DNA of 64,000 nucleotides. Source: Hemiscyllium ocellatum. Lineage: Eukaryota. The notes beneath the pieces are model-generated. The model had not been told where the DNA came from and did no database searches. It saw nothing but the letters and a program-made list of their open reading frames with translations. A program made the position numbers and the translations under genes. This document shows positions 27,801 through 36,259 of the stretch, in pieces; positions within the stretch are counted from its first letter, which is position 1, and each line of letters starts with the position of its first letter. The stretch spans positions 9,103,534 through 9,167,533 of the forward strand of contig NC_083409.1 of the NCBI RefSeq assembly GCF_020745735.1, in the 5' to 3' direction.

Positions 27801-28550
27801 AATACTCACCAGGAGACTTTTAATTCCAGAATCATTCTTGAATTGAAATTCCACTGTCTGCCGTGGCAGGATTTGAACCAGGTCCCAAAACATTAGCTGA
27901 CTTTCTGGATTAATAATCCAGCGATAATACCACGAAGCCATTGCCTCCCCCTGTGTTTGCCTATCTAATGGTGTTGAAATTGGCCTTCCCCGCATTTAGA
28001 CACTTAATTTCTACTCTATCTTTATCTCATTACTTCGTGACTTTGAAACTTATAGAGTTATGGTCACTATCCCAAAAATGCTCACACCACATTTGCCCAT
28101 TCTCCTGACAATCCTTTTCCTCATTGACACAGGGAGCAAGTACTCATTCCTTTTGGACAAGGAGGTGAGACTCCTGCAATGCTAAATTCAGGCTGCATTG
28201 ACCTGCTCACTTGTACTCACTCCCTCCTGTCCCTGACCACTTTTTTGAAGTATTTAACCTACAAGGTGTGACTGCCTCCCTAACCACAGTGTCCAGGTAA
28301 CTCTGCCCCTCCCTGATGTGTCGCAGTGTTTGAAGCTCAGACTCCAGTTCATCAATTCTGAGCTGGAGTGCCTTGAGCAACCAACACTTGCTGCCGATGT
28401 GGTCACTCTGAGCTACATTGCGCTTCACCAGCTCCCACATCACGTGGTTACTACACATTGACTGGCCCTGGATGTCGAAATTGCTTGAGGAGTTTTTAAT
28501 TGTTTTTAAAAAAAATTGCTGTTGGTCTTTAATTTTTAATCTGTAAAATA
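24850..28550 (-). mobile_element. Decayed CR1 LINE including ORF1 remnants
   Basis: LNKYFTSIF, KSSGPD and LLMGKFNF motifs, esterase-like ORF1 remnant (RGTDSILFEQDSETLMVC) and coiled-coil LQLRIDELESELQTLRHIRE. Confidence 0.8.
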
Positions 28551-29704
28551 TTTCTGTCAAGGAGACAGAGAAGGGCTCCAGCTCAGGAGGAGGCTCTTCA
28601 GCCCCTCATGTCAGTGCTAGCTGTTTACTAACCTCATTTACAATGAACATCTCTGTTGAATGTTTGTTGTCAGGAATTGATTGTGTCTGTTTTTATAGAC
28701 AGAATAACGGACAAAAATGAACTGGTCCGAATGATTCAGCATGGATATACAAAGGCTCAGACACCTTTAACTAACCGGGTTACACTTTGTTAGGAGCTCA
28801 CTAATGTGGGATATAAGGGAATGTTGATGGCTATTGTCAGTAGGGAGTTCAAGAAGGCATTTAAGAACGTTCCACAAAAGAAACGTGGAATTAGATCTTA
28901 CATTCAACAACTATTCGATGAAGGAGCAGTGCTCCGAAAGCTGATGCTTCCAAACAAACCTGTTGGATTACAACCTGGTGTTCTGTGATTTTTAACTTTG
29001 TACACGCCAGTCCAACCCTGATACCACCAAATCATGGAATTGGATGGAACTTGAGAAATGCATTTACCTTTGGTCACGAATGGGTCCGGAGCTAGGAGAC
29101 AGAGAGGGGGAATAATGTGCATGTCCTCTAATGAACAAGATGTGAATAGTGGTGTTCTCAGGGATCAGTGCTAGGACCTCAGCTTTTCACGATATTTCTC
29201 AATGACTTGTATGAAGAAACAGAGAACCATATATCCAAGATTGCTGACCACACTGAGTGAAGTGGCTTGGAAGAGATTACAGAGATAGGGAGGGTGGAGT
29301 TCAGGGAGCGATTTGAGAACAAGGATGAGAATTCGAAATTCGAGGTGTTGCCTAACCAGGAGCCAGTGGCAGTCCATGAGTATGGATGGGGCGGGGGCAG
29401 GATCAGGGGGAGGTAATTGGTGTGAGTGAGAATACTGGTAGCAGAGTTTGGGATGAGCTGATATTTACGGAAGGCAGTGGCTGTGATGTGGGCCAGGATA
29501 ACATTGGAATGGTCACATTTGGAGTCCCAACGATACGGCAAATATTTTCAGCAGCTGATCTTTGCGATGGGGAGGACTTTGGACTCAAATCACCCACAAA
29601 ATGAGGTCAAGATTGTAAAGAGTCTGGTTGAGCAGCCGACATTGCTCAGGGAGAGGGAGGGAGTTTGTACCGGGAGCTGAAAATGATGGTTTTGAACTTC
29701 ACAA

Positions 29705-29965
29705 TGTGTTTCCCAGTGGGCCAGGCTCCTCAGTCCTGACTGCTCTTAGCTACTGTGATTGTCACTGATTAGACACTTATTATTAGAGATTCTGACCACA
29801 GCAGAAAGTCCCAGTGTAAAAAAATAACTGTGCAGACTGTCAGATCGCAAGGTTGAAACTTCACCAAAAGAGGAAGTGAAAGAGGAGCTCGGAGCAGCTG
29901 GATGTTTGTTACTGAGACGGGAGAAAACTGTGAACCGTCTGCACTCCCTGGAACCTGGCAGCACA
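29705..29965. promoter_or_regulatory. Candidate lymphoid enhancer module, copy 2 (inverted)
   Basis: ACCACA 29795-29800, AGAAAGTCCC 29803-29812, GAGGAAGTGAAA 29870-29881 and CAGCTG 29895-29900; 4.7 kb upstream of the kappa V leader. Confidence 0.5.
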
Positions 29966-31099
29966 GGAGGAGGCCATTCAGCCCATCATGTCTGTGAGTG
30001 ATCCAATTAGTCCCACTTTCCCTGTCTCCCCCCATAACCCAGCAAATCTTTCGTTTTCATCTCTATTTTTGATTCACTCTTTTAGACCTGGGTCCACAGA
30101 ACGAGACTGACCTCAAGCTGGGCTCCAAATTGGCATCTCATTCATGCATTGGGAGACAAACTGGTTTGGTAATGGAGCTCATTTCCTCTCCCCTCTTGAG
30201 GGACACTTCATTTCGTTTTACATATTCACTCGTGGGAAGTGGACTTCACCGGCTGGGCCAACATTTTTTACCTGTCCCTAGTTGCCCTTGAGAAAGTGGT
30301 GAGAAGCTGCCATCTTGAATTGCTATAGTCCACAAGATGTAAGCTGTAAGTTGACCCACAATGTTCTTGGGGAGTAAATGCCACCATTTTAACCTGAAGG
30401 AACTGGCGACATATCTCCCAGTCAGGAAACTTAAGCTCTTCCGAGGGGATCTTGCAACTCAAAGTGTTCCCATGTATCTGCTGCTCTTGTTCTAAATGGA
30501 AGTGGACGTGGGTTTGGAATGAAACCAAAAGAACTGAGGATGCTGTAAATCTGAGACAAAACTAGAAATTGCTGGAAAAGCTCAGCAGGTCCGGCAGCAT
30601 CTGTGTAGAGACATCAGAGTTGACTTTCTGGGTCACATGACGCTTCGTGCTCAACCTGAAATGTTAACTCTGATTTCTCTCCACAGATGCTGACAGATCT
30701 GTTGAGCTTTTCGTGCAATTTCTATTTTTCCATATGGGTATGAAAGGTGCTATCTGAGGATCTTTGGTGAGTTTCTGCAAAGCATCTTATCAAGAATACA
30801 CACGGCTGCTATGGAGCAGTGGTGGGAGTGGATGTTTTGAGAATGTGATGCCAATCAAAGAGTTTGCTTTGTTTTGAATGGTCTCAAGCTTTTTGAGTGG
30901 ATAACAAAGACATATAATATGATAGACATAGACAGGAATGGATTAGAGGGATATGGCCCAAATGCATGCAAAAGAGACAAGTTCACTTCACGAAACCTGG
31001 TCAGTATGGAGAAGTTTAACTTAAGGGTTTGTTTCTGGGCTGTATGACTCTGTGACACGATCAACCTATGAATGTTGTTGGAGCTGCACCCATCCAGGC

Positions 31100-32400
31100 A
31101 AGTGGGGAGTATTCTATCACACACCTGAATTGATTTATGGGCTTCAGGGGAATCAGGAGGTGAGTTACTTGATACAGTATTCCTAGCCTCTAACCTGCTC
31201 TTGTAACCACTGTGTTTCTGTGGTGAGTCCAGTTGAGTTTCTGGTCAATGGTACCTCAAGAATGTTGATAGTGGGGATTCAGTCGATGGTAATAGTATTG
31301 ACTGTCAAGGGGCGATGGTTAGATTTGTCTTATTGGTGATGGTCATTGCCTGGCATTTGCATGGCACCAATGGGAAATGCCACTTCTCAAATGAAACCTG
31401 GATATTGTCCAGATATTGTTGCATTTGAACGTGGATTGCTTCAGTACCTGAGGAGTTGAGAATAGAGCTGAACATTGTGCAAACTTTGGCAATCATCCCC
31501 ATTTATGAGCTTGTCTTATGTTGCAATATCTGTTCGGAGTCTGTCCTATTTAGCACGGTGATAGTACCACACAACACAATGGAGAGGATTCTCAATGTGA
31601 AGGTCAAACTTTGTTTCTACAAGGACTGTTTGATGGTCACTCTTACCAATACTGTCAAGGGCAGATGCATCTCCAGCGCAAGATTGAGGATGGGGTCAAG
31701 TATGTTTTTCCATCTTTTTGGCTCCTTCACCACCAGCCGCAGAGCCAGTCCCTCAGCTACGTTCATTCGGAACCAACCAGCTCGATCAGTAATGCTGCTG
31801 CCGAGCCACTCTCAGTGGTGGACATTGAAAGCCCCCACTCAGAACACACTCTGTGCTGTCACCACCCTCAGTGCTTCCTCCAAATTCTGTTCAACATGGA
31901 GGGGAGACTGACTCATCAGCAGAGGGAGGAAAATATCTTGTAATCATCAGGAGGTTTCCTCACCCATGTTTAACCTGGTGTCATGAGACTTCACGGGGTT
32001 CAGAGCCAACTTTGAGTCTTCCCAGGGTAACTCCCTGCAGACTGTAGACCACTGTGTCATCAGCTCTGCTTGGTCTGCCTTTCTGGTGGGACAGGACACA
32101 TGCAAGGACAGTGTTGGTGGTGTCTGGGACATTGTCTGTAACGTATGGTTCTGTGAGTATGACTGTGTCAGGTTGTTGCATGACTAGTCTGTGAGATAGC
32201 TCTCCTGAATTTGTCACCAGCTCCCAGATGTCAGTGAGGAGGATGGAGCAGGTTAGACAGGGCTGTTTACGTCATTGTCTTTTCGGTGTCTGGATCGATG
32301 CCAGGCAGTCCGTCCGGTTTTATTTCTTTGTTGAGACATCATCACGATTGATACAACTGAGTGCCTTGCTCGGCCATTTCAGAGGGCAATAGAGTCAACC
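31100..32400 (-). mobile_element. Fragment of the second LINE family (APE endonuclease/RT remnants)
   Basis: QQPDTVILTEPY and LQGVTLGRLKVGSEPREVS remnants; matches 4330-4960. Confidence 0.65.
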
Positions 32401-32916
32401 ACATTGCTGGGGGACAGTGCCATGGACTGTGTCACTACATTCTCACCTCCCCCACTTCCCCATTCTGTATGTGGAAGGCTGGAGCCTGTCAGCAGGATAT
32501 TCAACTGCAGGAGTTATCACAGCCCTTGCACAATTCAATGCAAATCTTGAATTCACATCACACCTTCAATGTCCAAATATTCCAAGATGGTTGACAAATT
32601 TGCAGTAAGAGGAATGGGGGAGGGGGTGGAGGAACATAGAACGAGGAGCAGGAGCAGGCAATTCAGCCCCTCGATCCCGCTCCACCATTTAACATAATCA
32701 TAGCTGATCCCATCTCAGCCTCAACACCACTTTCCTGACCACTCTCCATCATCCTTTAGCTGTTTTCTAACTAAAAATCTGTCCAACCCCTCCTTGGTGA
32801 GAGAAAGGGTAGGGACTACTTCATTTCAGAAAAGACTGACCATGGAAGGGGTAGTCAAGATTAGAGTGGTTTTGGAAAAGCACAGCAGGTCAGACATCAT
32901 CCGAGGAGCAGGAAAA

Positions 32917-32948
32917 TCGACGTTTCGGGCAGTAGCCCTTCATCAGGA
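32917..32948 (-). ncRNA. Minimal hammerhead ribozyme motif, second repeat family
   Basis: - strand: UC CUGAUGA A GGGC-UACU-GCCC GAA ACGU C GA. Intact core and palindromic stem III (ACGU), but stem I is only 2 bp. Confidence 0.55.
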
Positions 32949-33354
32949 AGGGGAAGGAGAGGGGAAAGGATTGGAATATGTTGTGAATGGACAGGATGGG
33001 TCAGTGGGTCAGAGCCTGTCCTGTCCCTCCAGCTCACACTGATGGCCTGAGGATCTCCTCTCTCTGCTGGGCCTCCATGGAATGAGGTTTGTGTTCAAAC
33101 CAGTCCTCAGTGAGAATAGGCCAACAGCACAGAACTGCCCTTCATTTGAAAAGAATCTGTCCGTCTTCCTGAGAGATGCCAAACCCTGGTTAATATGGGA
33201 AATAGGATCTCCCTCCAGGAGAAGACATGTTTCTGGGGTCAAGGGTTAACTTCCATTGGTGGGGCAGAGTAGAGGGAGATTTATCCTGAATTAAACTGTC
33301 ACCATCTGGGATACTGTGAGAAAGAGAGAGAGAAGCGAGACAGAGAGAAAGAGA

Positions 33355-33538
33355 NNNNNNNNNNNNNNNNNNNNNNNNNNNNNNNNNNNNNNNNNNNNNN
33401 NNNNNNNNNNNNNNNNNNNNNNNNNNNNNNNNNNNNNNNNNNNNNNNNNNNNNNNNNNNNNNNNNNNNNNNNNNNNNNNNNNNNNNNNNNNNNNNNNNNN
33501 NNNNNNNNNNNNNNNNNNNNNNNNNNNNNNNNNNNNNN
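33355..33538. other. Assembly gap (184 N) at a GA-rich simple repeat
   Basis: Run of N preceded by gagagagagaagcgagacagagagaaagaga and followed by cagagag. Confidence 0.99.
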
Positions 33539-34488
33539 CAGAGAGTGAGGGACAGGTCCTTGGTCACCACACTCTGGGAAGGATATGATTGTACTTGAGA
33601 GGGTGCAGGGAAGATTTACCAGGATGCTGCCTGTGATGAAGGGTGTGAGCTATGAGGAAAGATTTGAAATGTTGGAATTGTTTTCCTTGGAGCAGTGATG
33701 GCTGGAGGGGGCCTGATAGAGGGGTATAAGATTATTTCGGGCAGTGATAGGGTGGGTAGGAAGGTACTTTTTACATGAGATAAGGACTCAATAAACTGGA
33801 GCAGAGACTGAAGGTAACACAGACATAGAAACATAGAAACCGCAGCAGGAATAGGCCATTCTGTCCTTTGAGTCCGCTCTGTCATTCAGTATGATCATGG
33901 CTGATCCTTCATCTCAAAGCCATATTCCTGCTTTCTCCCCATTCCCTTCATGCTGTTAAAATGCAAAACAATTATCTCTTTCTTTTTCTTGAATATATTC
34001 AGTGGTAGGGAATCCCACAGGTTGACTACCCTCTGAGTGAAGAAATGTTTCCTCATCTCAGCCCTAAATGGTCTACCCTTTATCCCCCTGAGACTGTCCC
34101 CTGCTTGCAGACTTCCCAACCAGGGGAAACCTCCTCTCTGTCCAGACCTGTTGGAATTTTATACATTTCAATCAGATTGCCTCTCATTCTTCTAAACTTG
34201 AGTGAGTCCCGGCTCAGTCGAGTTGGAGAGTGAGAGGAGAGTTGAGGAGAAATGTTTTCACCCAGAGGATGGTGGGAGTCTGGAACTCACTGCCTGAAAG
34301 GCTGGTTGAGTCACAAACTCTCGTGACATTGTCGCAGTGTTTAGATATTTCCTTTGTTGCTGTAGCCTCCAGGGTAATGGGCCAAGACCTGGAGGATGGG
34401 ATTAGTGTCATCAGATCTATGTTTACTAACACAGACACAATGGGCCAAATGGCCTCATTCACTGCTGTTCACATCAATGACTCTCTGG

Positions 34489-34523
<35 letters not shown>

Positions 34524-34529
34524 GGGGAA

Positions 34530-34626
34530 GAGGAAGTGTGAGGGACTGACGTGGCTCCCTCTGTCTGATGCCATTTACATACTGAGGAACACCCAGTCAG
34601 ACTTTCACAGACTGCAGCTTTATAAA
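34530..34626 (+). promoter_or_regulatory. Ig kappa V promoter
   Basis: GAGGAAGTG (PU.1/Spi-type, 34530-34538), TGACGTGG (34547-34554), octamer-like ATTTACAT (34573-34580) and TATAAA (34621-34626), all 60-160 nt upstream of the leader ATG. Confidence 0.75.
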
Positions 34627-34686
34627 GCAGAGCACAGTGAGGGGAGAGTTTATCAGGAACCAGGCCCAGGGACAGGAGCACACACC

Positions 34687-34735
34687 ATGATTTCATACAT
34701 CCAGCTGATCTGGTCCCTGGCATTCTGTGTCGCAG
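34687..34735 (+). CDS. IGKV: Ig kappa light chain leader exon (L-part1)
   Basis: ATG at 34687 gives MISYIQLIWSLAFCVA(G), a hydrophobic signal peptide, with a phase-1 donor G|GTACA at 34736. The 185-nt intron ends ccccttag at 34920 and splices in frame to [12 protein letters not shown]. Confidence 0.93.
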
Positions 34736-34920
34736 GTACAAATCTCTCTCCTTCCACTTTGAATCTTTAGCTGCTCTCCATTTCACTTCAATTCCACTGG
34801 CTTGTGATTGAAGGGAAAATGTTGAAACCAGAGGAATGCTCAGTGTCTCCAATAATCTCTCATTGAAAGGCTCTTTCTGTGACAGTTCTGACTTCATTGT
34901 GTTTCTCTCCGACCCCTTAG

Positions 34921-35222
34921 GTATCAGTGGGGACATCAGCATGACTCAGTCTCCCCCGGTGCTGTCAGTGGGACTGGGCCAGACTGCGACCATCACCTGT
35001 AAATCCAGTCAGAGTGCCAGTGGTAATGTCGAATGGTTCCAGCAGCAAGAAGGACAGAAACCCTCTCTCCTGATCTACAATGCAGCAACTCGATTTACAG
35101 GAGTCTCCAACAGATTCACCGGGACACAAGTGTCCAGCACACACTTCACCCTGACAATCAGCAACGTTCGGAATGAGGATGTCGCTGATTATTACTGTCA
35201 GCAAAGTTACAGCTACCCTTGA
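34921..35222 (+). CDS. IGKV: Ig kappa (shark NS4/type III) light chain V exon, germline, unrearranged
   Basis: [64 protein letters not shown]...[25 protein letters not shown] has the conserved Cys, Trp and YYC of a V domain. It is followed directly by a 12-bp-spacer RSS (kappa configuration). Confidence 0.97.
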
Positions 35223-35250
35223 CACAGTGATACACAGCTGTACAAAATCC
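35223..35250 (+). other. V recombination signal sequence (12-RSS)
   Basis: CACAGTG (35223-35229) + 12-nt spacer ATACACAGCTGT + ACAAAATCC (one mismatch to ACAAAAACC). Confidence 0.96.
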
Positions 35251-35605
35251 TCAATACACAAAGTCCCACTGCCTGTACTGACACATCCCACAATTATATA
35301 TAATACCAAATAGAGAAAACACACATCCAACACATGCATTGACACGTCCACAGTTCGATATAAATGAAACTTAACAAATTACCCCATGCTGGGATTGTCA
35401 CTGTCCATTACACACTCCAGTCCCTGTGGAGTCCACCACACACTGAAAGCCTCAAGTTTCCCTCTTGCACTCCATGGCCACATGGGTAGAGCAGCTGCAA
35501 GATTTAACATCGAAAAATAAATTTCACATACCTCCCGAGGCCAGCTGGACATAATCCAGATAGAGAAAAAGAAATAGAGTGAGAAAGGGGGTTGGGGGGG
35601 GGAGT

Positions 35606-35647
<42 letters not shown>

Positions 35648-35763
35648 GTCAGAGAGAAAAACAGAATGAAAAAAAAACAGAAAGACATGAATGACAAAGA
35701 GAATATGAGAGTTAGTGAGAGACAGGGAGAGGGTGAGAGTTATGGAGGGAAGCAGAGAGCAGA

Positions 35764-35802
35764 GGTTTTTGTACAGCCTCTGCACAGGGAGCTCTCACTG
35801 TG
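35764..35802 (-). other. J recombination signal sequence (23-RSS)
   Basis: On the + strand: GGTTTTTGT (35764-35772) + 23-nt spacer ACAGCCTCTGCACAGGGAGCTCT + CACTGTG (35796-35802). Both elements are perfect consensus. Confidence 0.97.
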
Positions 35803-35837
35803 GCTTACGTTCGGTAAAGGAACCAAGCTCAGACTGA
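35803..35837 (+). CDS. IGKJ: Ig kappa J segment
   Basis: G CTT ACG TTC GGT AAA GGA ACC AAG CTC AGA CTG A = LTFGKGTKLRL with the FGxG motif, followed by a consensus donor GTAAGT at 35838 (phase 1). Confidence 0.97.
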
Positions 35838-36186
35838 GTAAGTAAACCCTTTCAGTACTGGAACTTCCTAAAACACAAATGCTGAATTGTTGAAGGTATT
35901 AGTGGGGAGCTGCAGTGAATGAAATGGTTGCTTGAGGAGCACTGTGTTTAACAGGGTGCCCTGCTGTATTTCTTTAGTTCCATTGCCCCGGATAAGCAGC
36001 AAGATATAAGTCAGTAAGTTTTACTCACTGTGTGGAGGGGCTCTGTCCATTTGCAGCTTGTGGTCCCATTTCTGCAGCATGGAGTGAAGTCAGTGAGTAG
36101 CCTCCAGCCAGTCTCAGTGTGACGGACACGGGCAGAGTTTGATGTGAGCTCTGGCTCCCTGTCCGAGTCTCTGATCTCACTGACCT

Positions 36187-36213
36187 CAGCAGCAGCAGCA
36201 GCAGCAGCAGCAG
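36187..36213. repeat. (CAG)9 trinucleotide repeat in the J-C intron
   Basis: Nine uninterrupted CAG units ending just before CACAGTG at 36214. Confidence 0.95.
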
Positions 36214-36259
36214 CACAGTGAGACACCGAGCTCCCACCTCCCCAAGCTTTAAATCTACT

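Noticed and set aside
34633-34639. CACAGTG between the TATA box and the leader ATG
   Set aside because: No matching nonamer; heptamer only.
34836-34920. ORF-track N-terminal extension of the V ORF (MLSVSNNL...)
   Set aside because: Intron read-through; the real N-terminus comes from the leader exon at 34687.
35940-35946. Extra CACTGTG after J, suggesting a second J
   Set aside because: No nonamer at 12 or 23 bp and no FGxG motif downstream; several lone heptamers are expected by chance in 64 kb.
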